A DNA stretch of 64,000 nucleotides from a virus. Location: the IMG/VR virus record IMGVR_UViG_3300025875_000003, positions 60,314-124,313 of that record; one strand, written 5' to 3'. Both the position numbers and the translations under genes were made by a program. Of this stretch, positions 8,703-17,395 are shown piece after piece (position 1 is the first letter of the stretch; every line of letters starts with the position of its first letter). The notes under the pieces are model-generated. The model was not told the origin of the DNA. It made no database searches and saw only the letters and a program-made list of their open reading frames with translations.

Positions 8703-8713
8703 CGTACTATCAA

Positions 8714-8794
8714 GCGTCGAACGTGCCGGGTGGCACAGCGGGACTGTAAATTCCGCCTCTTCAGGGATGCCTAGTTCGAGTCTAGGTCGGCGCA
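8714..8794 (+). tRNA. tRNA-Tyr(GTA)
   Basis: Loop CTGTAAA, long variable arm, acceptor GCGTCGA/TCGGCGC. Confidence 0.85.
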
Positions 8795-8795
8795 C

Positions 8796-8868
8796 GCGCT
8801 TCTGGCTCAATGGATAGAGCAACGGTCTTCTAAGCCGAGGGTTCCGAGTTCGAGTCTCGGGAAGCGCA
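8796..8868 (+). tRNA. tRNA-Arg(TCT)
   Basis: Cloverleaf, loop CTTCTAA. Confidence 0.9.
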
Positions 8869-8892
8869 CGCATGGTGTATGATGTAGGTCTA

Positions 8893-8964
8893 GCGCCTCT
8901 GGCTCAATGGTAGAGCAGCGGACTCTTACTCCGCGGGTTGCAGGTTCGAATCCTGCGGGGCGTA
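8893..8964 (+). tRNA. tRNA-Lys(CTT)
   Basis: Cloverleaf, loop CTCTTAC. Confidence 0.9.
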
Positions 8965-8965
8965 C

Positions 8966-9042
8966 GGCGGGTGTAGTTCAATTGGCAGAGCGTCGGATTG
9001 TGTCTCCGAATGTTGCGGGTTCGAGTCCCGTCGCCCACCCCA
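8966..9042 (+). tRNA. tRNA-His(GTG)
   Basis: G-1:C73, encoded CCA, loop TTGTGTC. Confidence 0.85.
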
Positions 9043-9043
9043 A

Positions 9044-9116
9044 GCCCCCTTAGCCCAACGGCAGAGGCATCGGGTTTAGGTCCCGACCAGTGCGAGTTCG
9101 AATCTCGTGGGGGGCA
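9044..9116 (+). tRNA. tRNA-Leu(TAG) with short variable loop
   Basis: Loop TTTAGGT; 5-nt variable region, like actinobacterial short-armed Leu tRNAs. Confidence 0.85.
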
Positions 9117-9156
9117 CCCTGTTGTGGTTGGTACTAACACGTGCGATAATCAAAGT

Positions 9157-9636
9157 GTGGCTACCAAGTACACCAGAGAAGTCTTGCAAGAGGCTGTAGA
9201 CAATAGTACATCTGTGATGGGTGTAATTCGGTATCTCGGTCTTCAGCAGGCTGGGGGTACGCATACCCACATAAAGTCCAAATTACGAAGTCTAGGGGTA
9301 GATACCTCCCATTTTACGGGAGGCTCGCACAACAGAGGTAAGACTTCTCCACGCAGAAAGACTGCCAGCGCCATTTTGGTGGTGCGTCCTCCAGGTTCCG
9401 CACGTCTACCTGCTGCTCAACTTAGAAGGGCGCTGGAGGAGTCTGGTGTTGTCCCTGTTTGCTCCTGCGGAGTTGGAAGAGTTTGGAATGGTATTCCTAT
9501 TCAGTTGGAGGTTGATCACATTGATGGTGATTGGCTAAACAACTTAAAGGAAAATCTAAGATTTATGTGTCCAAACTGTCATTCTCAGCAGTCTACTAAC
9601 AAGAGTTGGAAGACTAAACGAAGTGGTGTAGAATAG
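9157..9636 (+). CDS. HNH endonuclease embedded in the tRNA array
   Basis: GTG start after GTGCGATAAT -10; CSC...LEVDHIDGDWLNNLKENLRFMCPNCHSQ. Confidence 0.9.
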   Translation: MATKYTREVLQEAVDNSTSVMGVIRYLGLQQAGGTHTHIKSKLRSLGVDTSHFTGGSHNRGKTSPRRKTASAILVVRPPGSARLPAAQLRRALEESGVVPVCSCGVGRVWNGIPIQLEVDHIDGDWLNNLKENLRFMCPNCHSQQSTNKSWKTKRSGVE

Positions 9637-9646
9637 CCACTTTCTA

Positions 9647-9720
9647 GCCCTCATCGTCTAGCGGTCTAAGACCCCGCCCTTTCAAGGCGGTAATCACCGG
9701 TTCGAATCCGGTTGGGGGTA
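9647..9720 (+). tRNA. tRNA-Glu(TTC)
   Basis: Cloverleaf, loop CTTTCAA. Confidence 0.9.
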
Positions 9721-9731
9721 CGCAGTACAAT

Positions 9732-9819
9732 GGAGAGGCCAACCGATAGGTGGCGGCGGTAACTGTCTTGAAAACAGTTTGCTCGAAAGGGCGTATGGGT
9801 TCGACCCCCATCCTCTCCG
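9732..9819 (+). tRNA. tRNA-Ser(TGA)
   Basis: Loop CTTGAAA, long variable arm with GAAA loop, G73. Confidence 0.9.
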
Positions 9820-9831
9820 CGTAGTAATCTC

Positions 9832-9907
9832 GGCCTCATCGTCTAGTTTGGTCTAAGACATCAGATTCTCAATCTGAAGATCGCGGGTTCAAATCCCGCT
9901 GAGGCTA
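9832..9907 (+). tRNA. tRNA-Glu(CTC)
   Basis: Cloverleaf, loop TTCTCAA. Confidence 0.9.
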
Positions 9908-10003
9908 CTCTCGTGGGTGCGGTGGACACCGTTCAAGTCGAGATGCAGACCGCAGGCTGTTGATAGTTGAGTCGGCCACCAGGATGAGACTCCTGCGGAT
10001 CAA

Positions 10004-10076
10004 TGGGGTATAACTCAGTTGGCAGAGTGGGAGATTGTTAATCTCTAAGTCGCAGGTTCGAGCCCTGCTACCCCAG
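10004..10076 (+). tRNA. tRNA-Asn(GTT)
   Basis: Cloverleaf, loop TTGTTAA. Confidence 0.9.
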
Positions 10077-10080
10077 CGCG

Positions 10081-10162
10081 GTGGTTGTCGTTTAATCGGC
10101 AGGACGTGTGCCGTTTCTAGAACGGGTAGTCGCATATGCGGGTTCGAATCCCGTCAACTACT
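10081..10162 (+). tRNA. tRNA with CTA anticodon (putative amber suppressor; this class is often auto-called Pyl)
   Basis: Acceptor GTGGTTG/CAACTAC, T-arm GCGGG-TTCGAAT-CCCGT, stem CCGT/ACGG around TTCTAGA; enlarged D-anticodon junction and variable region. Confidence 0.7.
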
Positions 10163-10170
10163 GGCTTTAA

Positions 10171-10243
10171 GCGCCGCTAACTCAATTGGCAGAGTTCTTG
10201 GTCTACACCCAAGCGGTTCGGGGTTCGAGTCCCCGGTGGCGCA
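10171..10243 (+). tRNA. tRNA-Val(TAC)
   Basis: Cloverleaf, loop TCTACAC (C33 instead of U33). Confidence 0.85.
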
Positions 10244-10252
10244 CGTTTTCTT

Positions 10253-10336
10253 GGAGAGTTCGACACGTGGTATGTCAACCCGGTTGCTATCCGGCTAAGC
10301 CGAAAGGCAGTCTCGGTTCGACTCCGAGGCTCTCCG
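10253..10336 (+). tRNA. tRNA-Ser(GCT)
   Basis: Loop TTGCTAT, variable arm GCC-GAAA-GGC, G73. Confidence 0.85.
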
Positions 10337-10344
10337 CTTTTTGA

Positions 10345-10417
10345 GCGCCTCTAGTTTAATGGCAAAACCCCTGACTTTTAATCAGTGAGATTCTGGGTTC
10401 GAATCCCAGGGGGCGCA
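10345..10417 (+). tRNA. tRNA-Lys(TTT)
   Basis: Cloverleaf, loop CTTTTAA. Confidence 0.9.
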
Positions 10418-10452
10418 CTTTCTTTTCATGGGTACAACGACGTATCACTAGT
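10417..10452 (+). promoter_or_regulatory. Bipartite phage promoter ACTTTCT-N17-CGTATCACTAGT directly before the ATG (copy 2)
   Basis: Same architecture as 7102-7137 and 53403-53438. Confidence 0.75.
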
Positions 10453-11097
10453 ATGACCATTGAGACACTTTCCCAGCGTGTGGCTGCCAATCGCCGTGTT
10501 CTGGACGCACAGGCTGGCGAGGCCCGAGCAATCCTAGCCAGAGCCAAGGAATTAGAAACAGAAGTAGATTTCCTTGCCTCTGAGATGGACACCCTTAATC
10601 GAGTGGCAGTGTTGCTGAATTCGCTAGGGGAAGAGCGACAGGCTCAGGCTCAGGGCACCATTGAGTCTTTGGTGACTGAGGGCCTTCAGACTATCTTCGA
10701 TGAGACTCTGACCTTCCACATCGTGGCTACTCAGCGTGCCAAGACTTCCGGCATCGAGTTCGTCGTGCGTACCAATCTTGGTGGTGAGTCCGTAGAGACT
10801 TCAGTCATGGACGCGCGCGGGGGAGGGCTGGCTGCGACTGTGGGCTTCCTTCTCCGTGTGGTGGTCATGCTTCTTTCGGCCTCAAAGAACCAAGAGAATC
10901 TTCTAGTGCTTGACGAGACGTTTGCCCATGTCTCTGACGAGTATTTGGAGCCCTTGGGTCAGTTTTTGCGGCAGATCGTTGACCGCTCAGGTATTCAGAT
11001 TTTGATGGTTACTCACCAGCCAGAATTTTTAGATTTTGCTGACACTGCGTACCGTTTTTCGCAGAAGGACGGAAGGACGGTAGTTCACAGTGTCTGA
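10453..11097 (+). CDS. C-terminal half of an SbcC/Rad50-like ABC ATPase (split gene)
   Basis: Coiled coil, then signature-like ARGGGL, Walker B LLVLDETFAHV and H-loop MVTHQ; no Walker A. Confidence 0.8.
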   Translation: MTIETLSQRVAANRRVLDAQAGEARAILARAKELETEVDFLASEMDTLNRVAVLLNSLGEERQAQAQGTIESLVTEGLQTIFDETLTFHIVATQRAKTSGIEFVVRTNLGGESVETSVMDARGGGLAATVGFLLRVVVMLLSASKNQENLLVLDETFAHVSDEYLEPLGQFLRQIVDRSGIQILMVTHQPEFLDFADTAYRFSQKDGRTVVHSV

Positions 11098-11284
11098 GGA
11101 TCTTGCTAGGCGTGTTTATATGGAGGCCATGAAGATTGGTGCCCACAATGATTGCCTGGTGAATTCCAAGGGAGCCTGCGAGGGGTGCAAGGCTATTGTG
11201 TTCGTCATTCTGGATAAGATTGTTTCTCAGATCATTAGAGACAACGCACTGCTTCGCGCAGTGGGGATTCCGGAGCAGTCATGA
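11090..11284 (+). CDS. Hypothetical protein
   Basis: 64-aa ORF overlapping both neighbours. Confidence 0.65.
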   Translation: MSEDLARRVYMEAMKIGAHNDCLVNSKGACEGCKAIVFVILDKIVSQIIRDNALLRAVGIPEQS

Positions 11285-12408
11285 CTGAATCCCTGGCAGT
11301 TAAGTACCGCCCCACTGATTTTTCCGAGATGGTAGGCCAGCGTCTTACGGAGGTAGTTCTGTCTCAGATGGTTGAGCAGCAGAAGGTTCCCCCCGCCATG
11401 CTCTTCTCTGGCCCCTCGGGGACAGGCAAGACTACTGCTGCTCGTCTCTTGGCCTACGCGCTTGACCCTGACATCGACCCGGCACTGTCTGTGATCGAGA
11501 TCGACGCAGCGTCCAACAATGGTGTGGCGGACGTGCGCAGTCTCACCGAAGCGCTTCGCTACTCAACGGGAAGCAAGTGGAGAGTAGTCATCCTTGACGA
11601 AGCGCACTCCCTCACGCGGGACGCCTTCAACGCTCTTTTGAAGGCTCTGGAGGAACCTCCTCCGGGGACTGTTTTCGTGCTGGTGACGACTGAGCCACAC
11701 AAGATTCCAGAGACGGTGCTGACCCGACTTACTGAGTTCGAATTTCGCAGTGTCTCTCCGTCTGATATTTTTGACCGCTTGGTGGCCATCTCTGCTGCGG
11801 AGAAGTTCTCTGTGGCTTCTGACTTGCTTCAGCGCCTGGCGGCCGATGCGGGAGGCTCGGTGCGCCGTGCCGTCATGAATCTGGAGAAGGCGGTCCTGGC
11901 TGGTCTGCACGATGCTGAGGCGTGGACCAGGGCAGTCTCCGTCAAGGACTACTCGGTTCCCGTGCTGACCGCGCTGGCGCTGGGTCATACGGCTGATGCC
12001 TTCGCACAGGTTGACGATGCACTATCTCAGGTAGGACATCCGCACGTACTGGTGGAGCAAATCACCCGAACCCTTCGTGATCTCATGGTGTTGAGTGTAG
12101 GCGGCTCAGTGCCATACGTGGCCGATGCTCTGGACTCTCGCAAGACTTTGATCGCCCGGTTGGGCACAGAACGCGTGATTGCTGCCGCCAAGGTGCTGTG
12201 GGACATGAAGACGCGCATTCGTCCCACCGATGATCCTCGCGGTTCTCTGGACCTGGCCTTGGTGCTACTTGTCGAGATGTTTGCCAGAGGACGCACAGCG
12301 CCTTCTGCGGCACCGGCAGTGCCTGCTGCTCCGGTTGTACCCCCCACTCCCCCAGAGGCCGCTCCTGCTCCGCGTAGGTTGTCTCTGGCTGACATGACGA
12401 AGGGCTGA
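11281..12408 (+). CDS. dnaX: DNA polymerase III gamma/tau-like clamp loader
   Basis: LAVKYRPTDF; GPSGTGKTT; EIDAASNNGV; ILDEAHSL; NALLKALEEPP. Confidence 0.92.
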   Translation: MTESLAVKYRPTDFSEMVGQRLTEVVLSQMVEQQKVPPAMLFSGPSGTGKTTAARLLAYALDPDIDPALSVIEIDAASNNGVADVRSLTEALRYSTGSKWRVVILDEAHSLTRDAFNALLKALEEPPPGTVFVLVTTEPHKIPETVLTRLTEFEFRSVSPSDIFDRLVAISAAEKFSVASDLLQRLAADAGGSVRRAVMNLEKAVLAGLHDAEAWTRAVSVKDYSVPVLTALALGHTADAFAQVDDALSQVGHPHVLVEQITRTLRDLMVLSVGGSVPYVADALDSRKTLIARLGTERVIAAAKVLWDMKTRIRPTDDPRGSLDLALVLLVEMFARGRTAPSAAPAVPAAPVVPPTPPEAAPAPRRLSLADMTKG

Positions 12409-12413
12409 CTCAC

Positions 12414-13040
12414 ATGGAGTCCGACTTGTATCCAGCGTCCTATTACCTAGGTGGCGGCGCGTCCAATTACGCAAACTACGGAGACGATCCCGGCTGGTCT
12501 GTTACGGCCAGAACGCTGCAAGAACTTCTGCGCCTCGGTCCGGCTCAGCGCATCCTAGAAGTGGGGTGCGCGACCGGTTGGTTCGTCCTGCACGCGCTCT
12601 CTCACGGACTCAACGTAGAGGGCATTGATATTTCACAGTGGGCCATCGACCATCCTGCTCCTGGAGTTAGACAATTTATTCGCCAAGGGTCCGTAGTCGA
12701 CTTGGAGTTGTATTACCCCCATGCCGACTTCGATGTGGTGTGTTCCTGGGAGATGTTAGAGCACGTGCCCGAGGATCAGGTAGACGCTGCTCTTGATTCT
12801 ATGCTGATGGTTACGGCCCCCGATGGGCTATGGATTCATCGAATTGCTTTGGATGATGCACACCATGATCACAATGCTCACGATGATGAGACTCACTTCA
12901 CGATCAAGTCACGCGAATGGTGGGATTCTAAGATAAGAGAAGATATTGGTGGGGTTAGAGTTCCTTACATAGAGGAAGCACTTGACTCAGCATTTGAGGG
13001 ACGTGATTGGGCAGGTAGGTTCTTCGCTTATCGTGTGTGA
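12414..13040 (+). CDS. Class I SAM-dependent methyltransferase
   Basis: ILEVGCATG; GIDISQWAI; FDVVCSWEMLEHV. Confidence 0.85.
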   Translation: MESDLYPASYYLGGGASNYANYGDDPGWSVTARTLQELLRLGPAQRILEVGCATGWFVLHALSHGLNVEGIDISQWAIDHPAPGVRQFIRQGSVVDLELYYPHADFDVVCSWEMLEHVPEDQVDAALDSMLMVTAPDGLWIHRIALDDAHHDHNAHDDETHFTIKSREWWDSKIREDIGGVRVPYIEEALDSAFEGRDWAGRFFAYRV

Positions 13041-13090
13041 AATCTTGTTCGGACAATGAGGTCCAACAAGAGTTTCGGCTAGTCTGCGCT

Positions 13091-13106
13091 GGTCGATAGT
13101 ACGAGT
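13091..13106 (+). promoter_or_regulatory. Putative late promoter GGTCGATAGTACGAGT directly before the ATG (motif copy 1 of 6)
   Basis: GGTCGATAGT recurs at six gene boundaries of the virion/lysis module, all on the + strand. Confidence 0.8.
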
Positions 13107-13553
13107 ATGACCAGCCCTCTTGATGAAGCGCCCCCGGACGATCTTGCGCGCGCTTTTCGCTTGCCTGAGTGGGTGCTAGAAGATCCAGAATTGGAAGCCC
13201 TTCACGGAGCCATCGTGAATCGCCTGCGCACTGAGGCGCGGGGTATGCCGATGAATACTGTTCAGCAGTTGTTGCTGGAGCGGATTGCGTACAACTACAT
13301 CGTCTTGAAGTACAAGGAAGAGACGAATGGGTTTAGTACGCCTACTCAGCAGAAGGATTTCAATACTTGGTGGCTAGCCATGACGCAGGAGTTCAACAAG
13401 TTGCTGCTGGCTAATCAGGACCGTATGCGGGACGCAATGCTTGCACAGGTTCAGGACATCGTTAAGGGTGTCATTGGCACGGTAGCAGATGTAGAAGAGC
13501 GCAAGCGTCTTCGTCGTGAACTTTCCGAGCAGTTCGCACAAGCAGACCTCTGA
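13107..13553 (+). CDS. Helical protein, first gene of the late operon; candidate terminase small subunit
   Basis: Position two genes upstream of terL; helical composition; function not shown by motif. Confidence 0.4.
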   Translation: MTSPLDEAPPDDLARAFRLPEWVLEDPELEALHGAIVNRLRTEARGMPMNTVQQLLLERIAYNYIVLKYKEETNGFSTPTQQKDFNTWWLAMTQEFNKLLLANQDRMRDAMLAQVQDIVKGVIGTVADVEERKRLRRELSEQFAQADL

Positions 13554-13569
13554 TCTAGGAGTTACAGCA

Positions 13570-14352
13570 ATGAATCCCACCGCAGAAGAGTTCCTGGATC
13601 AGGACGACTACAGCCTCACCATCATGCTGGCGTCTAGTTCGGCCAGTCTTGACCGCTCGCCTAAGAAGAACTGGGTTGAAAACACAGGCTCGGGCCTTCC
13701 CCCGTACGTGCGAAAGATCGCGCGCGGGGTAGAGAAGTCTGGGCGTCCCCTTTCTCAGGCTATCGCTATTGCTATCGGCCGCATCAAGAAGTGGGCTGCG
13801 GGCGGTGATGGTGTTGACGCCGATACTCAGGCTAAGGCAGCCAAGGCTCTGGCGCAGTGGAATGCCCTGAAGGCCAAGAACAAGTCCAAGAAGGTAGTCA
13901 AGGCTTCCCATGTTGATGGGGGCTTCTATCTTGCCTTGGCCGCATCGGATTTCAATGGTTCTTTTGAGGTAGACCGTGTGAGTCGCGCATGGAGTTCTCT
14001 TCAGTCAGCCGCTCGGGAGGCGTATTATGATGCCCGCCGAGCCAAGTCCGAGAGCGATGGTAGTTTGTATGAGGTAGAGAAGCCTCCGTACTTGTATATC
14101 CGGTCTTTGTGGACGGATTTTATTATTGTGGAACACGAGCAGCCGGGTGGTCCTCTGCTGTTGAAGATTCCCTACACGGTCACGGATACTGCCGTGGACT
14201 TTGGACAGCCTGTCGCTGTCAAGCAGTCTTTCGAAGAGGTTGCCCTAAGTAATGTCGATGATGAGTGGTCTGAGACTGTGCGCTTTTCGGCAGAGGGTGC
14301 TAACGAAGCACTGACCGATAATGAGATTCGTCTTTTGAAGGTCGAGGACTGA
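13570..14352 (+). CDS. Conserved actinophage head-region protein of unknown function
   Basis: ATG 13570 after AGGAG; GLPPYVRKIA...SQAIAIA...KKWAAG...KAAKALAQW motif recalled from actinophage packaging regions. Confidence 0.6.
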   Translation: MNPTAEEFLDQDDYSLTIMLASSSASLDRSPKKNWVENTGSGLPPYVRKIARGVEKSGRPLSQAIAIAIGRIKKWAAGGDGVDADTQAKAAKALAQWNALKAKNKSKKVVKASHVDGGFYLALAASDFNGSFEVDRVSRAWSSLQSAAREAYYDARRAKSESDGSLYEVEKPPYLYIRSLWTDFIIVEHEQPGGPLLLKIPYTVTDTAVDFGQPVAVKQSFEEVALSNVDDEWSETVRFSAEGANEALTDNEIRLLKVED

Positions 14353-14356
14353 TCTA

Positions 14357-17300
14357 GTGCTGCGGCTGGCTGATGCGTTCGCTGAGGAGGAGGTGGAGAC
14401 CTCTTCCCTGAGCGACATTTTTGAAGAAGAGCCCGTCCCTCTGAACGTGTTCGTTGAGGACGGCAAGTTTTTGCGCAACCCTCCACTGTCACCTGTTCAG
14501 TTCGAGGCAGTTAAGCACATCGAGCGGGTCTATCTGCCTGAGATCTATCCACTCATGGCGGAAGAATTTGGCGGCTACTGGTCCGATCCGGTTCGGATGA
14601 CCAATCTCATCACCCTCCAGTGGGGCAAGGGGTGTATTTCTAAAAACGAAGATATCTATGATGCGCGTACGGGGCGTTGGAGCAAGATTTCTTCGGTTAA
14701 TGCGCCCCCGACTGTTGAGGGCACTTACGAGGTTAATTCGGACGGAGATACCACCCACCTTCCCGGACAGGCCGTGTTCACCAAGGGCACGAATCGCGTC
14801 CTTTCTGAGGGTTCTGTTCCTTTTTTTAGAGGCCGAGGCCAGATGGTAAAGGTCACCACGGCTCTAGGGGCCTCTATTGAGGTGTACGCTGGGCACTTGT
14901 TTGCTTCGTGGGCGGATCACAATCTGCCCTACAAGAATAGGTATCTTCGGGCCGAACCCGTCTGGCAGCAGGCTGCTTCGCTTCAGGCGGGTGACCGCAT
15001 TGCCACTTTGAGCAAGATTGACTGCTTGGAGCCTGTGTCTCAGGACGAGCGGGAAGTTGCGCTCGTAGGGTATTGGATTGGAGACGGGTCCATGCCTGTG
15101 GACGGTTCTACGTCGTGGGGTTTCTATATTGATGCTCAGGCAACCGAACTTCTGGAAACCTACATCGACTTGGTAGAATCTTATCCCGGCATCACCGCTA
15201 AGACCTCAATCATGGACTCGGGTGCTTTGCGCGTGCGAGCGACTACGACGGGTTCGGGGCGTAAGTTCTCTACTCCCCTGATCGACGTGATCCGCAAGTG
15301 GGGACTCTACGGCTCTCGGGCGTGGGATAAGCGGGTTCCAGATGAGTTTTTCTCGTTGCCTGACGATCAGTTGGCTATCTTTCTCTCTGCGCTATGGGAT
15401 ACGGACGGTTCCATTTATTTGAAGAAGGCAGGCACTAAGTCTCTGTCTCCGTGTTTTGAGTATGTCTCTGTCTCTGAGGGTCTTGCCAGGGACATCCAAC
15501 GCCTTTTGTTGCGGTTCGGTGTAATTTCTCGCCTTTCGTCTAAGACACCGACCTACACATACAGGGGAGAGAAGAAGACGGGGCGTACTGCGTGGCGTGT
15601 GACTGTTACGTCGGGTAAGTTTGCTGTTCGGCTCGCTTCAGTGCTTCGTCTTCACGGGCCTAAGGAAGCCCTGCGTCTCGTCTCCCTGGATTGGAATTAC
15701 GCTAATGAGCAGCAGAAGACGGACGGGGACGTGTATTGGGATACAGTCAAAAGTGTGGAGTTTTTGGGCGAGGACGAGTATTGGGACATTAATGTTCCTG
15801 AAGGCGGTTCTTACGTAGCAGGGTCCACAGCGCTTATTTCAAGTAACTCGGGGAAGGACCATGTGTGCCGCGTGGCTTCTCTGCGCGTGGCTTATATGTT
15901 GCTGTGCTTGAAGTCTCCGCAGAAGTACTATTCTATGCCCGAGCAGGACTCGATTCATCTACTTAACATTGCGTCCAACTCTCAGCAGGCGATGCGTGCT
16001 TTCTTCAAGCCAATGTCCCAAGCGGTTAAGAGGGGCTGGTTTTCAGACAAAGCAGATCCGACTCAGAACGCGATTCAGTACGCCAAGAACATTGAAGCCG
16101 TGTCTGGGCACTCCGAGGCAGAGGGCCAGGAGGGGCTGAACATCATGCTCGGGGTTGCTGACGAAATCGACGCCTTCAAGTCCAAGGGCGAGATGGTGGG
16201 CCAGGGCAAGAAGATGCGCGAGGCATCTACTTCTGCAGAGTCTATTCTTGACATGCTGAAAACTTCTGCTTCCACTCGTTTTCCGATGTGTTATAAGCGC
16301 GTGGCTATTTCCTTCCCTCGTTACCTAGGCTCTACCATTCAGAATCTGACTGAAGAGGCCAAGGAAGACTATCGCTCGCAGGGTCCATCTTCGATCTATT
16401 ATGTGTCTGGTCCTCTCGCTACGTGGGACGTGAATCCTCGTGTTGAGGGCAAGCATCAGTTTGCTACCGATTATCGCAAGGCTCCGGATGAGGCGGCTGC
16501 AAAGTACGAATGCAAGCCTACTCGTGCTACCGATGCCTATTTCCGTAACCCTGAAATCTTCCGTATCGCTGTGGATAGTCCGACTCAGCCTATCTCGGTT
16601 GACTATCGTCTAGAGGAGCATCTGTCGGAGCAGACCGGCTCTCTGGTCAAGTCGTGGGAGCCGGTGTTTACCTTCGCTCCGGACTTTGTACCTAAGGATG
16701 GTGCGCTGTATGCCATTCACGGTGACCTAGCCATTCGCGGGGACCGTGCTGGGGTGGCCATGTCTCACGTTGTGCGAACCGAGGAGCGCACTGAGAAGGT
16801 CATTGAAGAGGATGGAGAAGTTACTGAGCGCTCGCAGATGGTAGAAGTTCTGCGCAACGATTTCACCATCTCTCTGGAAGCAGACTTGGGTGAGTCTCCC
16901 CCGCGCGAGATTCAGATTCGCTGGCTGCGTCGTCTAGTGTTTGATCTCATCAAGCGAGGATTTTCTGTACGTCTGGTGACTTTGGACGGGTTTCAGTCTG
17001 TAGATACTATGCAAACGCTGACCAACCACGGCATTGAGACTGCGTTGGTTTCTACTGACCGCGACTCCAACATCTGGAAGACCGTCAAGGACGTAGCCTC
17101 TGAGGGTCGCCTTTCTATGCCTCATTCTGCTCTTCTCCAAAAGGAACTAGAAGCCCTTTCCCGAGTGGGTAATGGGAAGATCGATCACCCAGTAGGTGGT
17201 TCAAAAGATTTGGCAGATGCCTTCGCCTGTTCTCTTGTGGACGCCATTCAAATTGGTGGTTCGGAAGGCGGCGGCGTTGAAATTCTCTTGGGTGAGAATA

Positions 17301-17395
17301 TCTTTGAGACTGGCGGCGAAGTGAGTCTTTATGGCATGGACGATGAATTGCTCGATCTGTCGGGCCTAATGACCGGAGGATGGATCGATGGCTAA
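14357..17395 (+). CDS. terL: Terminase large subunit, intein-containing
   Basis: Walker A GKG|SGKD split by an intein; GVADEIDAF; nuclease YAIHGDLA, VTLDGFQS, IDHPVGGSKDLADA. Confidence 0.92.
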   Translation: MLRLADAFAEEEVETSSLSDIFEEEPVPLNVFVEDGKFLRNPPLSPVQFEAVKHIERVYLPEIYPLMAEEFGGYWSDPVRMTNLITLQWGKGCISKNEDIYDARTGRWSKISSVNAPPTVEGTYEVNSDGDTTHLPGQAVFTKGTNRVLSEGSVPFFRGRGQMVKVTTALGASIEVYAGHLFASWADHNLPYKNRYLRAEPVWQQAASLQAGDRIATLSKIDCLEPVSQDEREVALVGYWIGDGSMPVDGSTSWGFYIDAQATELLETYIDLVESYPGITAKTSIMDSGALRVRATTTGSGRKFSTPLIDVIRKWGLYGSRAWDKRVPDEFFSLPDDQLAIFLSALWDTDGSIYLKKAGTKSLSPCFEYVSVSEGLARDIQRLLLRFGVISRLSSKTPTYTYRGEKKTGRTAWRVTVTSGKFAVRLASVLRLHGPKEALRLVSLDWNYANEQQKTDGDVYWDTVKSVEFLGEDEYWDINVPEGGSYVAGSTALISSNSGKDHVCRVASLRVAYMLLCLKSPQKYYSMPEQDSIHLLNIASNSQQAMRAFFKPMSQAVKRGWFSDKADPTQNAIQYAKNIEAVSGHSEAEGQEGLNIMLGVADEIDAFKSKGEMVGQGKKMREASTSAESILDMLKTSASTRFPMCYKRVAISFPRYLGSTIQNLTEEAKEDYRSQGPSSIYYVSGPLATWDVNPRVEGKHQFATDYRKAPDEAAAKYECKPTRATDAYFRNPEIFRIAVDSPTQPISVDYRLEEHLSEQTGSLVKSWEPVFTFAPDFVPKDGALYAIHGDLAIRGDRAGVAMSHVVRTEERTEKVIEEDGEVTERSQMVEVLRNDFTISLEADLGESPPREIQIRWLRRLVFDLIKRGFSVRLVTLDGFQSVDTMQTLTNHGIETALVSTDRDSNIWKTVKDVASEGRLSMPHSALLQKELEALSRVGNGKIDHPVGGSKDLADAFACSLVDAIQIGGSEGGGVEILLGENIFETGGEVSLYGMDDELLDLSGLMTGGWIDG
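14633..15847 (+). mobile_element. Intein with LAGLIDADG endonuclease in terminase (405 aa, Cys1...Ser-Asn, +1 Ser)
   Basis: CISKNEDIYD start; VYAGHLF block B; LVGYWIGDGS and LSALWDTDGS; YWDINV...ISSN|SGKD. Confidence 0.92.

Noticed and set aside
8998-9156. N-terminal extension of the HNH ORF
   Set aside because: Overlaps tRNA-His and tRNA-Leu; a better GTG start at 9157 follows a -10 element
10081-10162. True pyrrolysine system
   Set aside because: No pylS/pylBCD in the window, no in-frame TAG inside recognisable genes, and the tRNA lacks the compact tRNA-Pyl layout
7780-10592. Many short ORFs from the track overlapping the tRNA array (e.g. 7809-8048, 8302-8703, 9905-10135)
   Set aside because: Shadow ORFs of tRNA genes; no RBS or protein motifs
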